This document shows positions 11,037-19,712 of a stretch of 64,000 nucleotides of DNA, one piece after another. Within the stretch, counting starts at the first letter, position 1; each line of letters begins with the position of its first letter. The translations under genes and the position numbers were made by a program. The stretch is from contig OZ257142.1 in the NCBI GenBank assembly GCA_965279035.1, positions 2,816,001-2,880,000 on the forward strand, given 5' to 3'. Below the pieces are notes generated by a model that was given only the letters and a program-made list of their open reading frames with translations, was not told where the DNA came from and made no database searches. This DNA is from Bacteroidia bacterium (GTDB lineage Bacteria; Bacteroidota; Bacteroidia; M30B66).

Positions 11037-11165
11037 TTGAGTTTTCCAATTTTTGAGAACCGTTTTTACGATAACCGATTTCGGTTCTCACGATTTGAGT
11101 TCTCAAATTCTTGAGAACCGTTTTTCAAAATCTAATTTCGGTTATCAAGAATTGAATTTTCAAAA
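11037..11165. repeat. ~58-bp tandem repeat (2.2 units) rich in TGAGAACCG/CGGTTCTCA inverted motifs
   Basis: Units start at 11037, 11095 and 11152; TTGAGAACCGTTTTT at 11053 and 11111; ATTTCGGTT(C/A)TCA in both units. Confidence 0.8.
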
Positions 11166-11220
11166 CTGCTAAACAATATCGAATTGGATTATTGAATTCT
11201 AGAAATTAACTAACATTGCG

Positions 11221-11549
11221 TTGGAGAAGGCAAAGTTGCTTTATTCACCCTCTCTTGAGCCAACTGTTGATCCCGGAAAAGATGGTACTACTGCCGGAAT
11301 TGCTAAAGATGTCTTTGGATTTGTTCTCAATTACTTTAGTGGGGATTATAACCCAATTGGAGGGGGAGCATCTGGATTCATAAATCCTGTTCCATCTAAT
11401 GAGACTGCTAGTGCTTATGACATGGGTGATCAAGGACTCTTCAATGGGAACATCAAACAAATGACCGTTGGTTTATTGAGGTAAGTACAAATGGTAGTCA
11501 TACCATTGGGTATAATTACTCCTATGATCAGTTAAACCGTTTAACTGGC
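11221..11549 (+). pseudogene. 5'-truncated, frameshifted upstream part of the Rhs core
   Basis: DPGKDG..AKDVFGFVLNYFSGDYNPIG..LFNGNIKQMTV is Rhs-core-like; adding one T at GGTTTATT (~11470-11477) joins it in frame to ..TIGYNYSYDQLNRLTGMDAY of the next ORF. Confidence 0.75.
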
Positions 11550-13259
11550 ATGGATGCCTATACTGGACTCAATGCATCAACCAATACATGGACATCCAGT
11601 ACTGTTCAATTAGACGATTACAAAGAGCGGATTACCTATGATCCCAATGGAAACATTCAGCGTTATCTCCGTAATGGAAACTCTGCTAGCGGAATTAATA
11701 TGGACAGTCTTGGGTATAAATATATATCTGGAACGAACCAACTCAGAAGAGTAAGTGATCAAGTTTTATTGACTTACACCCAAGACTATGAAGACATTGA
11801 AAACCAACCAGCATCTACTTCAGACTATTTCTATGAATATGATCCAAGCGGAAATCTCACACATGATTATGCCGAAAATCTAACCATACAGTGGAATCCT
11901 TATGGTAAAATAAGACAGATTCAAGGCTCTGGTAAACTCATCACATTTCAGTATGACCCAACCGGAAACCGTGTCGGTAAAACAGTTACCCAATCCGGAC
12001 AAACGACAAGCACCTATTACGTTCGCGATGCGCAGGGGAATTCTCTAGCTACCTATTCCAAAACATCACAACAAGGACAAGAGCAACTTACCCTAGATGA
12101 ATTACATCTCTATGGCTCCTCTCGATTAGGGCTTCTGAGCCCCTCTATAATTGTTTATCCATCTCCAACACAATCCAACACGAGTTCGTACCTTACAGGG
12201 CGTAAAACATACGAACTCTGCAACCACCTCGGTAACGTCATGGCTACAATTTCAGATCTAAAACAGGCGGTCGATATTGAACCGGATCAGGTGACCGATT
12301 ATTTCATTGCTACCGTCAAAACACAACAAGATTATTACCCTTTCGGTATGCTTATGCCCGGTAGATCATATACTGCTAACTCAACTGAAATGTATAAGTA
12401 TGGGTTCAACGGGCAGGAAAAGGATGATGAAGTTTATGGGGAAGGAAACTTAAATTCAGCCTTATTCTGGGAGTATGATACCAGATTAGGTAGAAGGTGG
12501 AATATGGATCCTGTTATTAAATACTGGATGTCTCCATTTCATGCATTTAGTAATAATCCGATTCAAAATATTGATCCAATCGGTGCAAACGACGATGATT
12601 ATAAATTAGACAGGGAAAGTGGAGGCATAGTAAAAATTAGAGAAACAGAAGAAAATACAGATAGGATTTATGCAGAGAACGAAGCTGGTGATATAGATCT
12701 TAATAATTCCATTACTGTTGAAAAAGGAATTATTGCTAACAAAGGTGAATATCAATACAAAGAAAAAGACGGTACTTCGTCGGAAACAAATACAGTTAGA
12801 TTGTCTGAAAATATTGCAGATATGAACAGACTGTATAAGTTTGTGGCAACAAACTCAAATGTAGAATGGAGTTTGTGCACTTTTCAAAATAAAAATAGTA
12901 CATTTTCAACATTAAGTACAGAAAATGATCAAGGTGCTGTATCAACACTCCCTTATCGATATTTATTAAAAAATTATAAAGAATTAAGACTTTTGTCTCA
13001 GTCCCATAGTCATTACGGAAATTTTAATCCTTCTAATAATTATCCTTTAGTACCGTCAGGATTTAATTATGATTTAACAATTTCATCAGAAGAAGGTGAT
13101 CGACCATCTTATGAATATGATAATAATGAATACAAAGGTCGAATTCCTGAATTTTATGAAATATTTGCTCCATCTATGCCTAATGTAATTATTTTACATA
13201 ATAGCAAAATAGTAATCTTCAGTACCTCAAAAACATTTGAAGTAATTAATAAAAAATAA
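11550..13259 (+). CDS. Orphan Rhs repeat-associated core protein with JAB-like C-terminal toxin domain
   Basis: YD repeats (YDPNGNI, YEYDPSGNL), NHLGNV, DYYPFGM, YGFNGQEKD, PIQNIDPIG cleavage motif; tip carries LYKFVATNSNVEW..HSH..PSG..GD. Confidence 0.88.
   Translation: MDAYTGLNASTNTWTSSTVQLDDYKERITYDPNGNIQRYLRNGNSASGINMDSLGYKYISGTNQLRRVSDQVLLTYTQDYEDIENQPASTSDYFYEYDPSGNLTHDYAENLTIQWNPYGKIRQIQGSGKLITFQYDPTGNRVGKTVTQSGQTTSTYYVRDAQGNSLATYSKTSQQGQEQLTLDELHLYGSSRLGLLSPSIIVYPSPTQSNTSSYLTGRKTYELCNHLGNVMATISDLKQAVDIEPDQVTDYFIATVKTQQDYYPFGMLMPGRSYTANSTEMYKYGFNGQEKDDEVYGEGNLNSALFWEYDTRLGRRWNMDPVIKYWMSPFHAFSNNPIQNIDPIGANDDDYKLDRESGGIVKIRETEENTDRIYAENEAGDIDLNNSITVEKGIIANKGEYQYKEKDGTSSETNTVRLSENIADMNRLYKFVATNSNVEWSLCTFQNKNSTFSTLSTENDQGAVSTLPYRYLLKNYKELRLLSQSHSHYGNFNPSNNYPLVPSGFNYDLTISSEEGDRPSYEYDNNEYKGRIPEFYEIFAPSMPNVIILHNSKIVIFSTSKTFEVINKK
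12127..12412 (+). repeat. Rhs core homology block, copy A (inverted relative to copy B)
   Basis: 16 mismatches in 286 bp versus the reverse complement of 15298-15583 (manual alignment); 107-bp perfect stretch at 12290-12396. Confidence 0.95.
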
Positions 13260-13261
13260 TA

Positions 13262-13714
13262 ATGGAAAATAGAACAATAACTTTACTCATTATAATATTT
13301 GTTTTTGCATTTTTAATTTCATGTCAAAGAAATGAATCTTTTTTTGTAAATAAGGAGTTAGTACTCCAAATTGAGAAATTTAAGATTGAGTCTAAATACT
13401 ACTGCCCTTATTGTGATGAATTAATAGTTATGGACGTGAATAAAAATGACTCAGGATATGTTTTTTTTTTAAAATCCAAACCTCCTAAAACATTTGACAA
13501 ATTATATACTATTGTAAAATTTCAATCTAATTTTATTTTTATTTACTCAGATTCAGATATTAGTGAGTTTGTATATAGTCCTTCTCCTTACAATTTTGAA
13601 ACAGATGACTTCAAATTTTATTTATCAAATAAAGAATATGATAATATTTATAGAGATATGTTTTATTATAATGGAAAATATTTCTATAGAATCCCACCAC
13701 CGCCAATAAAATAG
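13262..13714 (+). CDS. Lipoprotein, candidate immunity protein for the JAB-like toxin
   Basis: Starts 2 bp after the toxin stop; FLISC lipobox; very AT-rich. Confidence 0.7.
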   Translation: MENRTITLLIIIFVFAFLISCQRNESFFVNKELVLQIEKFKIESKYYCPYCDELIVMDVNKNDSGYVFFLKSKPPKTFDKLYTIVKFQSNFIFIYSDSDISEFVYSPSPYNFETDDFKFYLSNKEYDNIYRDMFYYNGKYFYRIPPPPIK

Positions 13715-13947
13715 GAAGTTCGATTCTACTTATTGTATTTAAAAAATCAGACTTAATCCTAAACTCTGTTGTGTGTATTTTTTATTTAAGTGATTAAAGT
13801 CGAGAATAGTAATTAAAGGAGTTAGTGCTTAATAAAAGTGTGCATTGGATTCTCAATTCAAAATTAGAAAAAATTATTAAATTATTATTTCGTCCAATCA
13901 AAGCTAATTGCATTAAACTTGCATACGATGCTTAACCTCGTATCACT

Positions 13948-14385
13948 TTATTGCTTAATATAAATGACCCTGTTGTCACAACCTTCAGGAACCGCAATAA
14001 AAACGATAATGTTATCTGATATTGATTCACATCTTTTTTCAATCGCAACTGATTCCTGATTAAGTACCAAAGTGTCGGAAGTTAATTTTTCGATTTTAAA
14101 TTTAAATCTTTGTTTTTTTCCAAAAAAAACATTTCCAAAATGCTCAATAATAATTAGCTTATCTTTTCTCTTTTTAAATGTGATATGCTCAAATTCGTTA
14201 AGATGTGAAAAGCCTTCTTTTTGTAATGTTAGACATACATTCGCGTTAGCACTATACCATGAATTATATATTGATTGAGAATTTAATTCAAATGAAAATG
14301 CAAAAAATATTAATAAACAAAGAAATATTTCAAAAACATTTCTTTGATTTTGTTTAAATCTGAAGAATGAAAAAGTCAAATCCAT
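13948..14385 (-). CDS. Exported protein, candidate immunity protein for the second Rhs tip
   Basis: Start overlaps the toxin stop (TAATG); hydrophobic signal-like segment; AT-rich. Confidence 0.65.
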   Translation of the reverse strand: MDLTFSFFRFKQNQRNVFEIFLCLLIFFAFSFELNSQSIYNSWYSANANVCLTLQKEGFSHLNEFEHITFKKRKDKLIIIEHFGNVFFGKKQRFKFKIEKLTSDTLVLNQESVAIEKRCESISDNIIVFIAVPEGCDNRVIYIKQ

Positions 14386-15470
14386 TATTTAGCCTTCTTA
14401 GTTATTGTTAAAGTTGCACGAATTCGAAAACCTCTGCAAGCATCTACATGACCATTGATAGTATTCCAAATGCCAGCTGCAGATATATTATCTCTAGTAT
14501 CTAACATTGTACCTATTACTGGTTTAAAGTTTGGATTAGCAAATGTTGCTGGTTTTCTGTTTCCATTAGGACCAGACAATCCAAGATTCCAAGGTGCGGA
14601 ATTTAAAAAGAACCAATATGTTGCTGGATTTGTAGGATTTGTATCATCAGGCTTGACATATATATTATCGACAGAGATATTATATGTTAATACCCCATGC
14701 TGTTGCTTTAAGTAAGAATTTATACTCTCTTTTCTTAGTAGTGAAATACAATGAAAATCGTTGCCAACTGACAAAGGAAAAATTCTAGTTAATTTAGGGG
14801 AACTAGTATTTTCATATTGAAGATTTTCAACATTTTCAAATTTGAAAGTTTTAGTTTCAGTTTTGTTAGGTATTTTATAATGGAGATAGTCCTGACGTTC
14901 AACAGAACTTGATCCATTTAATGTTACATCCTGAATTTGTGCTGATTCAATCCCATTTGTAATATTCCCATTAATTGTATGTCCTTCAACATTTAAATCC
15001 TTTTCTGATTTTTGAAATATTTTCCCGTCTTGAAACCACTTATTTTGGTACTTATCCTTAATTTGATTCCAATCTTTTCTTTTTCGCAATTCCCCTTTTT
15101 CTTGTCTTGATGCTCGAATTACATCTCCTAAAACATCTGTAAAAATAATTGGATTATTATCCATTGAGCAAAACGGACTTTGCCATGGTTGAGTCTCAGG
15201 GTCAATACTAAACCACCTTCCTAATCGAGGATCATTTTGTCTATATAGTGTAGTATAGCTATTTTCCACACCTTCTATTTCATCATTTTTTTCCATTCCA
15301 TTAAACCCATACCTATACATTTCAGTTGAGTTAGCAGTATATGATCTACCGGGCATAAGCATACCGAAAGGGTAATAATCTTGTTGTGTTTTGACGGTAG
15401 CAATGAAATAATCGGTCACCCCGTCCTGTTCTAGATCGACCGCTTGCTTTAGATCTGAAATTGTAGCCAT
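14385..15470 (-). CDS. Second orphan Rhs core fragment with an unrecognised C-terminal domain
   Basis: DYYPFGM, YGFNGMEKN, DPRLGRWFSIDP and PIIFTDVLG motifs; Rhs homology continues upstream of the ATG to 15583, followed shortly by an in-frame stop. Confidence 0.85.
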   Translation of the reverse strand: MATISDLKQAVDLEQDGVTDYFIATVKTQQDYYPFGMLMPGRSYTANSTEMYRYGFNGMEKNDEIEGVENSYTTLYRQNDPRLGRWFSIDPETQPWQSPFCSMDNNPIIFTDVLGDVIRASRQEKGELRKRKDWNQIKDKYQNKWFQDGKIFQKSEKDLNVEGHTINGNITNGIESAQIQDVTLNGSSSVERQDYLHYKIPNKTETKTFKFENVENLQYENTSSPKLTRIFPLSVGNDFHCISLLRKESINSYLKQQHGVLTYNISVDNIYVKPDDTNPTNPATYWFFLNSAPWNLGLSGPNGNRKPATFANPNFKPVIGTMLDTRDNISAAGIWNTINGHVDACRGFRIRATLTITKKAK

Positions 15471-15583
15471 GACGTTACCGAGGTGGTTGCAGAGTTCGTA
15501 TGTTTTACGCCCTGTAAGGTAAGAACTCGTGTTGGATTGTACTGGAGGTGGATAAACAATTTTAGAGGGGCTCAGAAGCCCTA
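15298..15583 (-). repeat. Rhs core homology block, copy B
   Basis: Reverse complement of 12127-12412, ~94% identical. Confidence 0.95.
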
Positions 15584-15626
15584 CCTGGTGATTGAATTGA
15601 CTTGAATTTTACATTAATATCCAAAC

Positions 15627-15660
15627 CCCATAGCCCATGGATTCAATCAAGGGCTATGGG
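15627..15660. repeat. REP-like hairpin / possible terminator
   Basis: CCCATAGCCC-ATGGATTCAATCAA-GGGCTATGGG; loop resembles the GATTTCAATC core at 7361 and 7446. Confidence 0.6.
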
Positions 15661-15678
15661 ATCTACTATAACATAATT

Positions 15679-16562
15679 CTAATTCATCGCATGCTTAAAT
15701 ACATTATTAACAAAATCCTCCAAACGGGTTGGTGTGGTTGATTGCGCATTGCGTTCGGAAACTGAAAATAATCCTTCGTTAATTCCTACATACATGCCGT
15801 TAAATGCATCTGCCATGCTCTCAGAAATGCCATATTGCAACAGGGCATTCTTATTATCCTCATACGAAAATTCTACATAGGCTAAATCGGGTTTGCCAAT
15901 GGCTTGTCCAACGATGGAGGCAATTTCATTATGATCGTAATGACGATCACCTAGTAAATCTGCTACTTGTTTTCCTTTGAAATCGAGCGCTGTTAAACGT
16001 GCTGCAACAAAAGCGGCAATGTCTTGGGTTGCAATCATGCCCATTTTAATTGAACTTTTCACAGGACTTCCAATAATTCCCATGCTTTTAATCACACCTA
16101 TTTGGTTGAATAAATTTTCCATAAAATAAGCAGCACGAACACTTAATACATTCACATCTTCGGGTAATTGATTTAATCGAATTTCTTGTCGGCCTACACC
16201 AGCAACAACTCCTGTATTTTCAATATTCTGTGCCCCTTGGGAAGAAAGGAAAATCACGTTTTCACTCCTGAACTCTTAATGGCAGTGATTTGTGCTTCAC
16301 CTACTTCGTCCTGGTGTTTGGCGATGTTTGCTGCTTGCAAATAAGGTGGAATCAAAAAGAATACGGCTTCTGCTCCTTGCAGGGCTTGAGATAAGAACAG
16401 AGCATCATGCAAATCACCTGTTTCGATGAGTGCTCCTTGCTCACGAAGACTTTCCAATTTATCGGCATGGCGAGCAATGGCTTTCACTTGTTTGCCTTGA
16501 GCTAATAAGTGCTTGACTATTTTAGATCCAATATTTCCGCTGGCTCCAGTTACTACAATCAT
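15679..16562 (-). pseudogene. NmrA-like NAD(P)H-binding protein split by a single-base frameshift
   Basis: IVVTGASGNIG Rossmann motif; GTG AAA ACG TGA at ~16254-16265, where adding one A gives SGVKNVIFLSS and joins the two ORFs. Confidence 0.85.
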
Positions 16563-16670
16563 GGTATTTTGTTTTTAGTGTGAAAATTAAATTCATTAGT
16601 TTTGCAAAGAAACAAACATTAGTTTCATATTGTAACAATTATTGAAAATAGTGGTAACCCGGAGGTAACT

Positions 16671-16994
16671 ATGGCAAAACAAGACGATTTTGAATGTCCT
16701 GTAACAGCTACATTGAGTGTAATTGGTGGTCGCTGGAAACCGGTTATTTTATACACACTTAGCGGAGGCAAAAAGCGATTTGGTCAGTTGGATGCGGTGA
16801 TTGGAGGCATTAGTCGCAAAATACTGACAGAACAATTGAAAGAATTAGAAGAGCATGAATTAATCATTCGTCGCAAGTACAACGAAACGCCACCACGTGT
16901 AGAATATGAATTAAGCGAAAAGGGCAAAACGCTCAAACCCGTGATGGAAGCTATGAGTATTTGGGGATTAAAGCATGTGATGAAGAAGGGGTGA
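16671..16994 (+). CDS. HxlR-family winged-helix transcriptional regulator
   Basis: CPV..TLSVIGGRWK, LTEQLKELE and PPRVEYELS motifs; divergent from the NmrA-like gene. Confidence 0.93.
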   Translation: MAKQDDFECPVTATLSVIGGRWKPVILYTLSGGKKRFGQLDAVIGGISRKILTEQLKELEEHELIIRRKYNETPPRVEYELSEKGKTLKPVMEAMSIWGLKHVMKKG

Positions 16995-17124
16995 AATTAA
17001 TTACGAATTATGGATGACGATATATTAAAAATGAATTATGAATTTAGGATTATAATTTAAGTTCAATGAGTTTCTATTTTATTCGTCGCAAATCGAATAG
17101 CCATTACTGCCGCTAAAAAAAAAT

Positions 17125-17883
17125 TTAAATCTTCTCCAAATCGGCCAAGGGAAGCCAGCCTACATTGCCATCGGCTAGGCGTATTTTTACCCAATCGCCT
17201 AATTCGTCGGTGAGATAGACTTTGGTGCCGGCATGCACGACAAACAATCCCGTTCCGCTTTCTACCGGTGAACTTTTTACCGAAACGCTGCCCGAAAATA
17301 CGATGGCTTCGTTGTGTTTGGTTTGTTGATGATACATCGAAATGCCCAATCCTACAAAAAGAAATGAACCCAACAACAATATAATTCCAGTATAAAATCC
17401 GAATTTCTTTTGGAAGATTGTTTTCCCTAAAACATAGAGAAAAAATCCAGCACTCGAGAGCGCAAAGGCAAGCAGAAAAAGGATTCCCCACACATCGGCA
17501 CTCGCCATACTGCGTAATGAAATCATCCAACGGATGTAAAATAATTCAGGAACAGGTTCTATTTTATCTTCAATGCGTTGATTGACAATTTCCAAATTAA
17601 ATCGCACATCTTCATCGTCGGGATTGAGTCGCAAAGAACGCTCGTAATTCAGGATGGCATTGGGATAATCGGTGAGTTTGTAATAGGAATTTCCCAAATT
17701 AAAATACAGCTCTGCATTAGCTAATTTCTGATCCGAAATAATTTGCTCATACTTAATCACAGAAGTCTTATAATCGCCTTTGATATAGGCATTTTCGGCT
17801 TCAACAAAAAGCGATGCAGGAGAGATTGCTTTGCTCGAAAGCACGCTAAAAAGACAAGCAATCAGGAGGAGGATTTCTCTCAT
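17125..17883 (-). CDS. batE: BatE, TPR and SH3 domain protein
   Basis: TPR (LYFNLGNSYYK), two TM helices, C-terminal SH3 (WVKIRLADGNVGW); operon position. Confidence 0.9.
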   Translation of the reverse strand: MREILLLIACLFSVLSSKAISPASLFVEAENAYIKGDYKTSVIKYEQIISDQKLANAELYFNLGNSYYKLTDYPNAILNYERSLRLNPDDEDVRFNLEIVNQRIEDKIEPVPELFYIRWMISLRSMASADVWGILFLLAFALSSAGFFLYVLGKTIFQKKFGFYTGIILLLGSFLFVGLGISMYHQQTKHNEAIVFSGSVSVKSSPVESGTGLFVVHAGTKVYLTDELGDWVKIRLADGNVGWLPLADLEKI

Positions 17884-19700
17884 GATTTCAGGTATTTTTC
17901 GGTACGCGTTAATAGAGAAACTGAATCGGTAAACACTTGCTGCATTCCGGAACTCGCACCTGGTGCAAAACGTGCAAATTCGCAGGCATCGAGCAATCGA
18001 ATTAATTCATTGCATTCGAATTCAGGAACCTTTTTTCCGTTTAATTCAAATAGGATTTTAGGTCGAGCTAATTCAGCTACCGGAATTTGTAATTTATCGC
18101 TCAAATAGCCATACAAAGCACGATATACTTCTTCGTAAAACTCATCTTTCTTATCGGCTTTCAATAATTCATTGGCTTTTTTCAAGCGTTTTTGAGCCAT
18201 GCTTCCCGCTTCTTTCATGCGATACAATCCAGAATTAGCTGAGCGATCGGCTTTTTTACGACGGATAAATAAGAGCAGAATTAAACTCAAAGGTGGAATT
18301 GCCGAAAAAGCATAAAATCCAGTTGAAAGAAAAAATGGCTTTTCATCTAATGGCTCAAAGGCATGCGTATTTTTCTTATTAAATCGAATATCTACAGCCA
18401 ATTGCTTGGGTGCTGATGCGGTTCCTGAACGGACAATATTACTTTGATCTCCTGCGGTTTTCTCCACATTCACCACCATGCGTGGAATGGTTACCGTTTG
18501 AAAAGCTCGTTTCGTTGGTGAAAAAAAAGTATAGGTAAATGGTCCTAAAAAATACTCTCCTCCAGCACGTGGAATAAGTAAATATTCAAAAGTTCTCGAT
18601 CCCGACATTCCCGATTCAGAAATTGAGATTTTGTCTTTGGTTTGAGGATCATAGGCTTCAAATTCGGGTGGAAAAGTGAGTGCCGGAGCTTCGAGTAATT
18701 TAAAATTTCCTTTTCCCGAAACACTGAATTTCAAATTCACAGGATCGCCCGAACGGACTTTGTTTTTATCGATTTCGGCTGTTACGGTTAACTCGCCGGT
18801 AGCACCATTAAAATCGGCTGGTTTGGCGGTTGATGGATGCGCTAGCACATTGATATTCAAAGACTGACTTTTCACTTTCACACTCACATCGCGGTATCCA
18901 CCACCGAAAAACTGATCGAAGAAATTTTGAGAATTCACGCGTTCACGAACCAAACAGGTTGCGTCCAAAGTTGGGATTTCAAGCTTTCCGCTTTTTTGAG
19001 GAAAGAGCAGCGTTTTCTTTAATTCGGCAGTATAATATTGAGAACCATTATAGGATTCTGTTTCGAGTTTATCGTTTTTCCCCATGGGTATTTCTTCGGT
19101 ATAAAACCCGTTGAATGTGGGCAGTTTCAGATCGGAGAAATTGATCTGTCCATACTTCGAATAAATCTTATACGTGACCGAAATCTGTTCACCCAAATAC
19201 ACCGATGATTTATTCACGATAGCACGAATAAACAATTTATCACCAGCACTTTCATTGATGGGCTGATTCGATTGCCCTGGATTATTTCGAGAATTAGGAT
19301 TGGGCGTGTTTTGATTGTTCGTTGTTGGATTGCCTTTAACGACTTCAATTTGCACCTCATTAGAACGAACACGACCATTAGCAACATTGATTGTTGCAGG
19401 TTTTAAGGTGTATTTTCCTTCTTTACGAGGTGATAGAATGTAATAGAAGCTGAGAGTTTGAGAAACAGCTCCATTGATTATTTGCATGCTCGTATTTTGG
19501 TTGGGACCCGAATACACATCGAATGCACTTAAATCCGGCCCCGTAAAACCGGCGGCATTGGTATTGACCGAATAGGTTAATCGAAACTGTTCGCCTACAG
19601 CTACGCGCGCTTTAGAAGCAGCACCACTAAATCGAACTTCCTGCCCTATGCTGAGTAGCGCAAAATGAACCAGACATCCAAGTATGAATAAACGTTTCAT
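17880..19700 (-). CDS. batD: BatD oxygen-tolerance family protein
   Basis: Signal peptide, VGEQFRLTYSVN..SGPNQ, LLFPQKSG, late TM helix; operon context. Confidence 0.9.
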   Translation of the reverse strand: MKRLFILGCLVHFALLSIGQEVRFSGAASKARVAVGEQFRLTYSVNTNAAGFTGPDLSAFDVYSGPNQNTSMQIINGAVSQTLSFYYILSPRKEGKYTLKPATINVANGRVRSNEVQIEVVKGNPTTNNQNTPNPNSRNNPGQSNQPINESAGDKLFIRAIVNKSSVYLGEQISVTYKIYSKYGQINFSDLKLPTFNGFYTEEIPMGKNDKLETESYNGSQYYTAELKKTLLFPQKSGKLEIPTLDATCLVRERVNSQNFFDQFFGGGYRDVSVKVKSQSLNINVLAHPSTAKPADFNGATGELTVTAEIDKNKVRSGDPVNLKFSVSGKGNFKLLEAPALTFPPEFEAYDPQTKDKISISESGMSGSRTFEYLLIPRAGGEYFLGPFTYTFFSPTKRAFQTVTIPRMVVNVEKTAGDQSNIVRSGTASAPKQLAVDIRFNKKNTHAFEPLDEKPFFLSTGFYAFSAIPPLSLILLLFIRRKKADRSANSGLYRMKEAGSMAQKRLKKANELLKADKKDEFYEEVYRALYGYLSDKLQIPVAELARPKILFELNGKKVPEFECNELIRLLDACEFARFAPGASSGMQQVFTDSVSLLTRTEKYLKS

Positions 19701-19712
19701 TGATTTTCTTTT

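Noticed and set aside
11037-11165. Possible CRISPR array or short coding repeat
   Set aside because: Units are contiguous with no unique spacers and no credible ORF.
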